Source: Thalia democratica
Lineage: Eukaryota
Length of the DNA: 64,000 nucleotides
NCBI GenBank assembly: GCA_965202585.1
Contig: OZ241830.1
Coordinates: 44,888,001 to 44,952,000, forward strand
Reading direction: 5' to 3'
The position numbers and the translations under genes were made by a program. This document shows, one piece after another, positions 1 to 11,900 of the stretch. Within the stretch, counting starts at the first letter, position 1, and each line of letters opens with the position of its first letter. The notes beneath the pieces were generated by a model. That model did not search any database. It had not been told where the DNA came from and saw nothing but the letters and a program-made list of their open reading frames with translations.

Positions 1-132
1 ATTTTCGTTTAGTTTTATTTTCTTTCATTTTTCTTTTCGTTTAACTGATTGTTTTATTACTAAAGATTTAAATATTTAAATGATAAAAAAAAAACTATGT
101 GTAATAACTCGTAAGAAACTTTATAAGCATGT

Positions 133-218
133 GGTGTACGACTCGATAACCGAAAGGTTCCTTTGTACACCAGGTCCTTAGACCAAACTTTTTAAGCGCT
201 TTTTTATCGTTCAATAAA
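133..218 (+). repeat. Structured short interspersed repeat S1, copy A
   Basis: GGTGTAC-..-AACC GAAA GGTT-..-GTACACC-AGGTCCTTAGACC..TCGTTCAATAAA; six copies in the window. Confidence 0.8.
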
Positions 219-487
219 CAACATATATATATTATCAATAGCTACTTTAAGATAAAAGTTTTCCAAAAAAATTATGCCACAAAAAGTTATAGATTTTTAC
301 AAATTATTTTCATACATTCACTGAAAAATAATCACTGTAGTACAATAAAAAATGTTTAACAAACGAAATGCTTGTTGAAACATCTAAATTTAAAAACTAA
401 AACATTTTCTTACAATTATCCAGTTGTAGTTTTTTTAATTATAAAAGCTTATAAACTACTTTTTAAGCTTAGAAATCTTATTTACAG

Positions 488-762
488 ACAATATGATCTA
501 AAACTGGATGAGTTGCGATGATCCTGAGTGTAAACACATGAACGAGTAAGGAATTGCTCCACTGATTTCTGGATACAACAAAAAAAAGGCCGATGAGGGT
601 GTTGAAGACGAAAACGATGTTCCCCAAACATCTAAATGTCCATTCTTTCACGCTAAAGCCATGCAGAAAATGGATGATTATTTAGCTTACTCTCGTTGTC
701 AACCAGAAGCCACACCAGAAAGTGTGTCACAACTCATCCGATTCCGTGAGTTTTTTGCTTAG
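488..762 (+). other. Unidentified exon-like, protein-like segment with two in-frame TAA codons
   Basis: GC-elevated; acceptor tttacag ends at 487; donor GTGAGT at 746; frame reads NMI*NWMSCDDPECKHMNE*GIAPLISGY..SKCPFFHAKAMQKMDDYLAYSRCQPE..IRFREFFA*. Confidence 0.4.
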
Positions 763-1773
763 AAACAAGAAAGCTCTATCAAACAAGCCTCAATTCTTTC
801 CCTTTTAAGAAAACGTTCCGATAACAGTTAAATTGTTTACGACGTAATTTATCTTAATTTGACTAATTTTAAACTTAATCAAAGTACTGTTGTTTATATT
901 TCTTCTGTTTTAATAGTTTGTTTCGTTTAAAATAATTCAAAAATGTTAAAAAAAAAATTGTGTTTGTTTTATTGTATGCATTGCCTAACATAAAATAGGA
1001 AGTTCATTAAAAAAGGATGTTTGTAGTTATCCAGCCATACTATTTTAGTTCAAAACTATTTACTAAAATTACTTGAGTGTTTTATATTAAACAGACAAAC
1101 GTTTATTAAGTTTTCAGTAGGTATTGCATTATTTGCATTTTTTAAGTAACAGTAAGTAAATTTTTTTAAATTTAAGTAAGTCTTAAAATTAATAGTTTTT
1201 TTTATTTTAAAACTTTGCTATTTATAGCTTTATATGAAAAATTTCATGTTTAGTCTTAACTTCAGCTTAAATGCCACATTTTTACAAGCCAATCTGCTCT
1301 TAGTTAATCGAGTATGACATTTTGAGTTATAACAAATATACTATTTTTGATAGAAACAGATAAAGCAGAGTTATGAATTCTCTAACGTCTAATAGATGAG
1401 AAGATATAATTTACACAAACATTTTGTTTACTTTACTTATTGCCTTAGGCTGAATAACAGCTATTCTGACAAAAAAAGTTTCTATCTAATATAAAAGCTT
1501 TTATTATTTTGCGTCTGACGATTGTTGTTCAGCAAAACGGCCTAATGTAAATAAAATGGACCAAAACTATTTATGTAAAAAAAAGAACATACATTTATTC
1601 AGTGCTAAACAGTTTTTATTTCTGTAAAAATTTTTAGTAATATCTTAAGTGAAATATACGAACAATAATACAGGTTATTATTGATTTACTATTAAGATAA
1701 AAAAACTGCGTTTTGCGTCGGATTTTAATAGTTTATTAGATTTTTATGACTAATAATTTGTTAAGTTAAGTTT

Positions 1774-1890
1774 GTCCTGGACAAGATGTTAAAAGGTATC
1801 CGTGGTGTGCGAATCGATGACCGAAAGGTTCTTCGTATACCAGGTCCTAGGACCAAATATTTTGTGCGTTTTATTATTGTCGTCCTACAA
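1774..1890 (+). repeat. S1 copy B
   Basis: GTCCTGGACAAGATGTTAAA..GGTGTGCG..GACCGAAAGGTT..CGTATACCAGGTCCTAGGACC. Confidence 0.8.
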
Positions 1891-2123
1891 ATAATAAACT
1901 ATAATAAACTATACTTACTAAACATAACATTTTTTCTAGTTAATGCTGTAAATGTTTGTTATTTTTTTACAATTGTTATGACATCTATTTAAAAAAAAGA
2001 AGTAAACAAAAAAAAAATTACTTATACATTGTTTAAGCTATAGTTTTTCATAAAAATATTTTTTTTTTTTTAATGTAACAACACTTAAAACCTTCAAATT
2101 TTTATAAGTAACTTTTAAGTTCA

Positions 2124-2224
2124 GTCTTGGATAAGATATTAAACTGTTTCCGTTGTGTATGAGTCTTTTACCGAAAGGTTTTTTTCGTACACCCTGTATG
2201 AGCGCATTTTTTGTCGTTTAATAA
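2124..2224 (+). repeat. S1 copy C
   Basis: GTCTTGGATAAGATATTAAACTG..GTGTATG..ACCGAAAGGT..CGTACAC..TGTCGTTTAATAA. Confidence 0.75.
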
Positions 2225-3448
2225 GCATTGTGTTAGTAACTTAATTTTTTAAGGATTTTTAGGTAAATATTTAGGGCACTTTTTTATGCTTGACTAATCG
2301 CAAATGCTTCCAATTTTTTTTTTCTCAAAATTAAATTTAACTGAAACACTTACTACCTTATCAACTATCTTTATGTTCTATTTAATTTATGCTCAAACCA
2401 CCATGTCACCAACATGTTCTCATACCTTGAAAAATATATTTTGTATACCAATGGCCGTGTATTAAAGGTAACAATTACATCAGGCTCTGATTTATACTAT
2501 TTTACAGAAAAGTATTTGTTGGGTTGAATTTCAGTTTATTTGTATGAGTTGAAATAAGTATTGTGAAGCTTTAGGTAATATTTCTGCATATTTTCCAGCT
2601 ACGTTTTTCTTTGGATATTTGTTTTTTAAAATTTTTATTTGACTAGAATTCTCATTGTTAAGTGTATACTAAATGTCAGTGATGTCATTTCTTCATCAAT
2701 TAAAATTTTATCTTACACATTTGCACTAAAGTGAAAATTCAATTTTTCATTGTTTGAGACAAAAAAAGTTTTGTTTATTTTATAAAGTGTGTTGCATTTA
2801 ACAGGGTTGCCACACTCTCAGACCAACTAGGACTAGTTAATAGTTGTTGTAAATAAAATAACTAGTATTATATTTGACTTAGAGAAAGTTTAAGTACTCT
2901 CATAATTAATGTTAATATAATTAATTTTTAATTTTAATATAATCTTGAAACTAATTTATGCAATACTTTCCTTCTTTAGAGCTAGCTTTTCTTTAATACA
3001 ACTTGAATGTACTTCTCTTGGTATTTTGTCATTGCATAAAGTCTGAAAAAATATATTAACAGTTTTGGCCTAAGTGTTTAAAAAAAAGTTGAGCAGTAGG
3101 GTGCATATAAGTTTACCAGGTTAAAGTTCAAAGGCTGCCTTTTATATAAGCACCCTGATATATGTATCATATGTATAAGCCTAAAAAAATGTATTAAAAT
3201 GCTTATAGTTTAATCCACATTATCATATTATTTAACTTCTTCTTACTTATAAATGAAATACTTTTCTAAGGTTTAGTTGTCTTTTCAGGGTTGTTACACA
3301 CTCGGGCTGCTCAAGATAATTCAGATAGTCTAACATATTCTTTCCCTGAAATTAGTGTTAAATTTTGGTATTTTTAGATCTTAAGCTTGACTAACAGTTT
3401 GTTTACTAAAACTTGGGCAGCACTTGTTCAACAATTTTTCAGTTTTAT

Positions 3449-3775
3449 CAAGGTGCCACAAAACCTGGAATTTAAAAATTTAGGCATAAAAAACCTTTAA
3501 AAAACTTGAATTTTAAACAATTTTTACATCTTGAGTAGCTAAATTTCAATTTGACACAAAAAATCTGTCAAAAATATAATAGACTATTTTTGTAATCATC
3601 AAAAAATGTTATAAAGTAAAAATCACATTTAAAACAGCTTTACAGTATCTTATCAATGTTGCTTTACTATTTTACACAGTTTTTCACCTTAAACCCAATT
3701 TTAAACTCAAAATAGACCCAAAAAAAAACTTTTTAAAACCTGGAGAAAATTTTCCATAAACTAGTGGCAACCCTG
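3449..3775 (+). mobile_element. CAGGGTTGCCA-TIR MITE (family M1)
   Basis: Degenerate left TIR, TGGCAACCCTG right TIR; internal AAAACCTGG repeats shared with other copies. Confidence 0.75.
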
Positions 3776-4716
3776 TTTTATACGGTTTTTTTTATATCAA
3801 GACTATAAAATGTATTTATTTTGTTGCTTATGAATGATGTGTATTTAATTGCTGCTATTATGATGTCATTTAACTTTTGCATAGTTTTAATACTTTCAAC
3901 TTACAAGTTAAGATAAATATAATACTTATGCATAAATAATTCAAAATCACTTGAATACTTTTAAACTAAAAAAATGAGAAGTTTCTTTGTAAAACTGGGT
4001 TTAAATGGCAGCACCTCTAATAATTATTTTGAATAAAGTTGAAATGACTTTAAAAGTAGCAGCTAAATAAACTTCAGTAATAAAAAACAAACTAATTTCT
4101 CTTTTAGCCCTGCTATAGAAGAAAACGTTTCTGTGAAAAGTTCAAAATTTTGTTTGATAAATGCTTCCTCTTTTTATATATAACTAGTCTAAAGACCAGT
4201 TTGATATAACTCAAACTAGTTTTTGGTCACTCAGGCTGGATTTTGTACCTTAAATAATTTCAACCCTGTTAGAGTTATGTAAAATATAAAAAAATGTTAA
4301 AAACTATCAAAGAATGAATTATACTGATATTGTTGTGATTAAACAACTTTTAAAATCTATTACCTTATTTTGTGGTAATTATATTATATGTCCAATAGTG
4401 TAAATGCACACTAGCTAAGTATAATTGCAGCAGAAGTAAAAAAAAAGATGTATATAATAAACTCAGGTTAGTCTCCAGTCACTTTGGCTAGTTTTTGGTC
4501 ATTCAGGTTTTTTCTTTTTTTCAAAGAGTAGCATATGGTTGTCACACATTCAGACTGGTTTAGGCTTTGAAAACTTAGTTAGTTTGAATTTTTTTTTTCT
4601 AAACTTTTGGCTAATTTTTGACTTCAGTTCAACCATTTTTCAGTTTTTCTAAATTTCATCTATTAACTTAATTAATGTTACCTTTTAGTGTTTTTAGGTG
4701 GTATTTGAAGTTGATT

Positions 4717-5167
4717 AAGGTTGCCAAAAAATCTCAAAACTTGGAAAAACCTGGAATTTGAAAATTTAGGCTAAAAAACCTGGAATTTGACAATTTAGGC
4801 TAAAAAACACAGAATTTGAGAAACTTTGAAATAAAACCTTGAAAAACTTGGAATTTTGAACAAAAATCACTAAAAAAACTTGGGATTCTAAACAATTTTT
4901 ACATGTTCAAAAGTTAAATTTTGATTTGGAACAAAAAATGTATCATACAGATAAAATTCTTTTATCATCATAAAATTTTTATAAATTAAAAAACACGTTT
5001 AATGTAGCTTAGCATTATCTTTTCAATGTTTTTATACTATCTAACACAGTTTATTACCTTAAACTTAACTTTAAACTATAAATAGACCAAAAAATGTGTA
5101 CTTTTAAAAACCTGGAGGAAATTTTGTAAACCTAGAGAAAATTTTCCAAAAACCTTTGGCAACCCTG
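4717..5167 (+). mobile_element. MITE family M1
   Basis: GGTTGCCA...TGGCAACCCTG with internal aaaacctggaattt repeats. Confidence 0.8.
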
Positions 5168-5260
5168 TTAAGACATTTTTTACCATAAAATTATTGATTA
5201 TACAAAAGTTGCACAAAAAACTAGTTATTAAAGTAACCTGTGAGAAGTTCAGGAAATATA

Positions 5261-5736
5261 AATATGTTATTCAAAAAACCTTGGACAACTTTCCTATTAG
5301 CAGTCATTATTCAGCTAATCAATAGTATCTAAAAACTTTAGTTGCTTGGTTTATATCATGGTTTTTCTACATTTTTAAAATAATATCCTAATTACAAGCC
5401 CTTGAGTGGTTGGAAACCATGATTTAAACCAGGAGTTGCCAGATCAAAAAATAACGTTTTTTATATGCTTTAAAAAACATAATTAAAGACAATTTCTTTG
5501 AACAAAAAAAAAAAAGCTATAGAATATCATTTAAGTGTAACACTAAAATTTTATTTTTTTGTTTTCAAAAATATTAGTTTATTAAATTAGTTGAATAAAA
5601 ATTGTAATGTGGCCCGCGGCCCGCAGTTTGCCGACCCCTGATTTAAATCAAGCAACCAAAGTTTCTACATACTATTGATTAGCTAAATAATGACTGCTAA
5701 TAACGGAGTTGCCCAAGGTTTTGTGAATAACATTTT
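5261..5736. mobile_element. Foldback MITE with about 100-bp inverted arms
   Basis: ttattcaaaaaaccttggacaac..tagcagtcattattcagctaatcaatagtat pairs with the reverse complement of 5641-5736. Confidence 0.75.
5430..5640. mobile_element. Small non-autonomous hAT element nested in a foldback element
   Basis: CAGG...GCAGTTTGCCGACCCCTG ends; flanks ATTTAAAC / ATTTAAAT (7/8 TSD). Confidence 0.75.
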
Positions 5737-6328
5737 AGATGGGACTAATTTAATTGTAATAAATGATAACAACTATTAAAAGAGTTTGAAGATTACATAG
5801 TTGTACAATAAAACAAGTAGAAAAAATAAAACAGTTAAATTTTTAAGTATTTTTTAACAAATAAGTGATCAAAGTTAGCCTTATTTATATAAAAACCAAG
5901 GTTTTTTTTTTGGGAATCTTATTGAAATTTTAAATATAATTATTTGAAAATTTTTATTGGTGATGATGGCAAAATTTATGTAGTTGTTGTTAAATCATGA
6001 GTACTTTTGGTCAATAAATTAGTTAATTTACTTAATGGGCAGAATTTATTTATTTACATTTTGGCTAATTAAGTACTTATTGTGTAAAAATGCTTGTTAC
6101 TAAGTTCCACAAATTCATTACAAGCCTAGCAAATCTAGTTACAGGATCTATAGTCTATAATTGCTAAAAAATTTTTTAAGCTCAAATAAATATGGTTACC
6201 ACACTCTAACTCAAGCTGGATAAAAATCCTGCTGAATCTGCTTATCTTCTTCACAATACTTGAAAAACGCAGGCTGACTCATGCTTAAGTATTTTTTTGT
6301 TAATCTCAGGCTAGTTTTGAAGAGTTAA

Positions 6329-6777
6329 GGGCATAGGGGGGTAATCACCTTTTTTGGAAGTCTGATCCAGTTTTATATAGTTTTTGCTAAGCTACAAGAT
6401 GCTTTTTACAGATTTTAAAAATTTCAGAAATTTTAAAAAGTCGGAGGCAACAATAGGATCCTTATGGGAGGTGCAAACTAAAAATGCAAATAACTAGAAA
6501 TTACAAAAAATCTATCTCCTCCTACATTTTTTGAGATAACTACCTCAAATTTTCAGGAAATGTTCCTTGATATATTAAGAAATCTTTGTCAAAAATTATT
6601 AAAAAAAAAAAAAATAGAAGTTTTATAATAAGGAACCTATTGTTGCCTCCGACTTTGACCGGCTATATCTCAAAAATTATTTTGAAGTTTTTAAATCTGT
6701 AAAAAGCATTTTGTAGCTTAGTAAAAACTATAAAATAAGATTAAATTAAAAAAAAAAGTGTTTAACCCCCCATGCCC
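6329..6777. mobile_element. TTAA-flanked foldback MITE (family M3, Kolobok-like)
   Basis: TTAA|GGGCAT...ATGCCC|TTAA with long imperfect inverted arms. Confidence 0.8.
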
Positions 6778-8933
6778 TTAAATTTGTTGATGTAAATTAT
6801 GTCAAATATCTAACTAAATCAAATACTTAAGCTTTAGTTTCTAAATTATTTTAACTATATAATATTTTTCCACAGCAGTTCCATAAATAAGAACTGCTAT
6901 TTTAACTTGGTGAAGTTTTCAGTTTTTAGTTCATGATCCAACTTTTCCAATTGAAAAACAAACTAAGGTAGACTTAAGCTAGTTTGATATAACTCAGACT
7001 GGTATTTTAGCTTTAAGGCTGTTTATATTTAAATAGTTTTGTCTTGAGTTGGTTTTAAGACATGTGTGTGCATAATTATGCAAGTAAAAATAGTGTTGCT
7101 TACATTCACGTCTAAACCAGGCTGGTTGATATTTTTTGGAATTTAAGCTGAGTTAAAGTAATTTAAACAAATTTGCTTGAATTTTTCTATTTAATTAATA
7201 ACTTTAATTTTACCTGACAATTTGTTTACATTTCAAATAATTAAACTAAATTTGCTTATATTTTATATTATTAATTCTGAAAAAGTTATACTGTTTATTT
7301 CAAATATATATGAATTGTTAAATTAATTACAATAAACAGGTTTGATCAAATATCTAAAAAAGTTTGTGTGGTAAAAGCCATTAGGAGTTGCATTAAAACA
7401 ATTGTTCTGAATTTATAAATTGTTTTAATAGGACAACATACTTTTAAATTTTTGTACTGTTCAGTTATAAAGAGATCAACATTTCACTGTAATTATTTTA
7501 TTTATCAAGTTGCAAATTTAAGAGTCTGAAAAAATATTTGTAAAAAAAGAACTTGGTTAAACTTGTAATTACAAAAACACCAATTAAAAATGAGTACACT
7601 TATTAAATCAGTTTTAAGATTTGTATGTAATTTGTCATATTTCAAGTTCTATATAGTCTTGAATCAATAAAAAGATAAATAAATATTTATTTGAAATTTC
7701 TACTTATAGTGTTATTTTATAGTTTATGAATATTTTTTGAAAATCTTAACTCAAAAACTTTTAAAACATTAACTTACAAGAATTTTTTTTTTGATATATC
7801 CAAGTAAAGATATCTTAAATAGATTAAAGTATCTTTTGAATTATTAATTCAAGTAAAATATACTTAGAAATTAGATGATTTAATTTTTAAGCAATAACAT
7901 TTTTATTAAAAGAAAAAGAAAAGAGAACTTAAAATTCCAATAGCAAAACAGTATTGTGTATAAACGTAAAAAGTCATTGACCCTATCTATGAGTCTTAAT
8001 TATAACAATGATAGTTATTTTAAAGTTTAGGTATGATTTTTTGTTAATAAGTTTAATCTAAGTTAACCATGAAGCTTCCAATCTATTATGAAATAGAATG
8101 TGTTTTAAAATGACAAACCAAAATTATAAGAAATAAATTTTAGTTTCAAATTTTTTACACTAAGTTGTTGTAGCAGCATTATACTGTAATTATTATACTT
8201 AATACAAAATTTCAGTAATTCACTTTATAAATGGACATAAACAACTTAAAAAATAAGTTAAATGTTTGTCATTTACTCAAATGAACTAAGTTAGTCTTAA
8301 TAAAGCTTATTTAAACTTATATAGGGTTACCAGACTTGTTTGAAGTTAATGAAAAACTTAGACTAGTTAAGATAGTTTTTCAAAATCTCAGGTTAAATTT
8401 AATGACTTGGAGAATCTTATTTGAAAAGATTAGCATTTTGTTTTCAGATATTTTTATTATTATAATAGATTAAAAAAAAGCTTAGTTACTATTTTATGGT
8501 TTATAGATTTTTAATAATTAATTTTTATTGTTTTAAGTTACAAAAGTTAAGTAAATATATGAATTAAAGAGCTCAAGCTATATAAAAATTTAGAAAGATA
8601 ATTATCAAAGGATTATTCAACAAATTGTTACTGAGCTAACAATGTTTCACCTTAAACATATATTAAACTGTATTCAACTTCGGATTTTTATTCTGTTTGT
8701 TTATATTAAATTTTGGTATGCTGTAGAATTAGTTGTTAGTTTTTCATTAAAGATAATAACTTAAAACCTTTTTGTATTATAATGTTTACAGAAAATATCT
8801 CACGTTTTAATAAACACAATGATTATTTTTAATTAATGCAACATAACCCTAGCTTATTTTTAGTATATATAGTGCTTATATATAGTGCACTTAAATTTTA
8901 ACAAAAATATTTTAGCTATATATAAATTTCACC

Positions 8934-11900
8934 ATGGTCAATATGAATGTTTCAATTGAACAACCAGATCCAAATCAGATTGGTCAAGCATTTGTAAAAC
9001 AGTTCTACACAGTTTTATACATCAGACCAAACTACTTGCACAGGTAATTTTTTTTATGAATAAGAAATACTAATTTGTACAAATACTATAATTATTTTTA
9101 CTCAAGTAGACAATTTTTTTTACTAAGGTGAAATAATTTAAACATCAAGTATGTTTTGTGGTTTTATATCAAAATATAAATTTTAAGTTTTTTTTCTAAT
9201 TTGTATTTTAAACTTATAACCTAAATAATACCTAAAGATATGTTGAAGCCTTTCACAGTGATATACAAGTTAAATAATTCATACAATTTTATTTTAGTTT
9301 TGTAATTTTTTGTACTGCTTTCAATAGTTTTTCAGTAATTAATTTCTAAATAAGAGACTAAAAGTCAAACTTAACTTGATTTTTTTAAATAGTAATTTGT
9401 AAATAAATATATATCTAGTATAGACAAAAACAATTATTTTTAAAAATTGCTTACAACACTGTGGGTTTAAAAAGGAGTCTAGCAGCAATTGACTATTTTA
9501 GTGATTTGAAAACAAAGTAATAAAGTAGAACACTGAATAGTATTTATATTATTTTATAGTTGGGTTTCTTTTCAAAAATTATTTTGTATTTGTTCTGTAT
9601 CAAGTATTTCAAAAGTTGAAAAAAATTAAAGTAGTCATGTTTGCTAATTTCAGTTGAAAAAAAAACTCAAAAATTATTTTTATTTTATAATAAAAGGTTT
9701 GCAAGTACAAAAAAAGATATGACATTGTATTGTGTTTACCAATTTTCATTGCTATGACATTTTTAATTAATGCAACATGATCCTAGCTTATTTTTAGTAT
9801 CCTTTTATATAGTATGTTTAAAAAAATAAAATAGTAAGTTAAATTGTTAATCTAATTACTGTAAATGTTTTTAACTTTTTAATTTTATTTTTACAAAAAT
9901 ATCATTAAAATAAGTTTATTAAGTAAAATATTGCTCACTTAAAATTTTTCAAGTGTTTAAGAGTTAGAAACAATTTAACTATACTTTTGAAGAGAAACTC
10001 TACCATAATATAAACATCATAGAAAATTACTATATATACAGGGTTGCCACTTAACCTGAAAACTTGGAATTTTGAATAAAAATCACTAAAAAAACTTTGA
10101 ATTTTAACATGTTCAGTAGTAAAATTTCAATTTGACTCAAAATATCTATCATATAGATAAATTTTTGTCATCATCAATAAATTTTTATACTAAAAAACGC
10201 ATTTAATGTAGCTTTACAGTATCTTTTCAATGTTTTTATACTATTTAACACAGTTTCTTACCTTAAACTTAACTCTAGACTAAATACTGACTCAAAAATG
10301 TCTACTTTTAAAAACCTGATTTTTTTTTGAATAAACGAGTAGCAATTCTGTATATAAGTATTTCAGACATTTTTGTGAGCTCTTGCAAGCATTAATTTAA
10401 TATAGAATTAAGTAGTTTTTTGGTAATTTTTAAACAGAAAAAATAAGGCTTAGGGGTAAGAAAATTTTTTTTTTACAAAATTTAACATTGGTTACAAGAT
10501 ATTTTAAAATATAAACTATAAGCAGGGTTGCCCAAAACCTGGGTTGCCAAATCCCAAAAACCTGGAATCCTGGAAAAACCTGAACTTTGACTATTTAGGC
10601 TAAAAAAAGCTGTAAAAACCTGGAACTTTAAACAACTTTTACATATTAAGTAGTAAAAATTCGATTTAATACAAAAAATCTATCATATAGATAAATTTTA
10701 TAGTCATCATCAAACTTTTTTTTATTCAGAAACACATTTAAGGAAGCATTAAGAAATCTTTTCAATGTTTTTATACTATCTAAGTTAGTTTTTTTACCTT
10801 AATCTTAATTGTAAACATGTAATTTGAAAACCTGGAAGAAAGTTTGAAAGCCTGAAGGAAATTTGCCAAAAACATTTGGCAACCCTGTAAAAGATATAGT
10901 TCAAACTGTTTTTAGAATACAAATATTTAATTAACTGTTGGTATATATATTTTTGTAAAAAGTTTCAGATAAAAACATAGACCACAAGTTTTTCATTGCC
11001 AGTTTTATCAGGAATTTAAAACATTGAAAATCTGTCTTCAATAAATAAATAAAAATAGTTATTTTTTTAAATAAAATATGAGGCAAACCATGTTTTTTAC
11101 AAGTTGATCTTATTCTATAGAGTTTTTTCAAAGCTTCAAGATGGTTTTTATCGTTTAATAATAATCAAACTATTTTTTGTGCTATGACCAGTCAAAGCCC
11201 GGCCGCATAATAGGTTGCCTATGGGAAGGGATAACTAAAACAGCAAAAAAAGGCTATTTCATTTAAAATCTATCTCCTACATTTTTCAAGCAATCTTCTT
11301 CAAACTTTAAGTTTAATCTTTATCAATAACAAAAAACGTTAATTTGGAAATTTTTTTATTTTTTTAAATTACTTAAGTTCTAAAGTAACGTTTTTTCCTT
11401 ATATTATAAGGAAATTTTTCTGAATTTGAAGATCCTTGCTTGAAAAATGATAGAGGAGATAGATTTTTAGTAAATTTTTAAATTTCCGAGAAAATTAATC
11501 CTAAAAAATTTGCGGTCCATACTTTTATATTGGAAAATTTTTATAAAAAACTAAATACTCAAAAAAAACAATATTTTTAAATTCTATAAAAACTGGCTTG
11601 TAGTTTGTACTTAAATGCTTTCATATAAAAGCCAAAGTTAGTTTTTGTAAAAAAAATGTTGGACTCCCCTATGGCCTTTAGTTGACTCAACACAGTTTAA
11701 GGTCACCAAGGAAATTTTTTTACTCATATACATACAACTATATTCAAAAAAAAAAAAAAAACAATTTTTTTTTGTCATTTTTTGAAAAGCAAAAATATTA
11801 AGATACAAATTTAAACTTTCTTCCATAGAAATTTTTTATAAATATTGCAAGGAACATGTCCTGAAAAGTTGATGTATTTTCAGGGTTGCCACTTTACCTG

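Noticed and set aside
141-162. CTCGATGA-CC-GAAA-GGTC in repeat S1 as a collapsed hammerhead core
   Set aside because: Extra C in the core and no room for helices II/III; a simple GNRA hairpin explains the variation better.
505-545. WMSCDDPEC resembling a DNA polymerase alpha or CW-type zinc finger
   Set aside because: Only one Cys pair matches; the remaining ligands and spacing do not.
1786-1992. 68-aa ORF in the track
   Set aside because: Chance reading through repeat S1 copy B and AT-rich flank.
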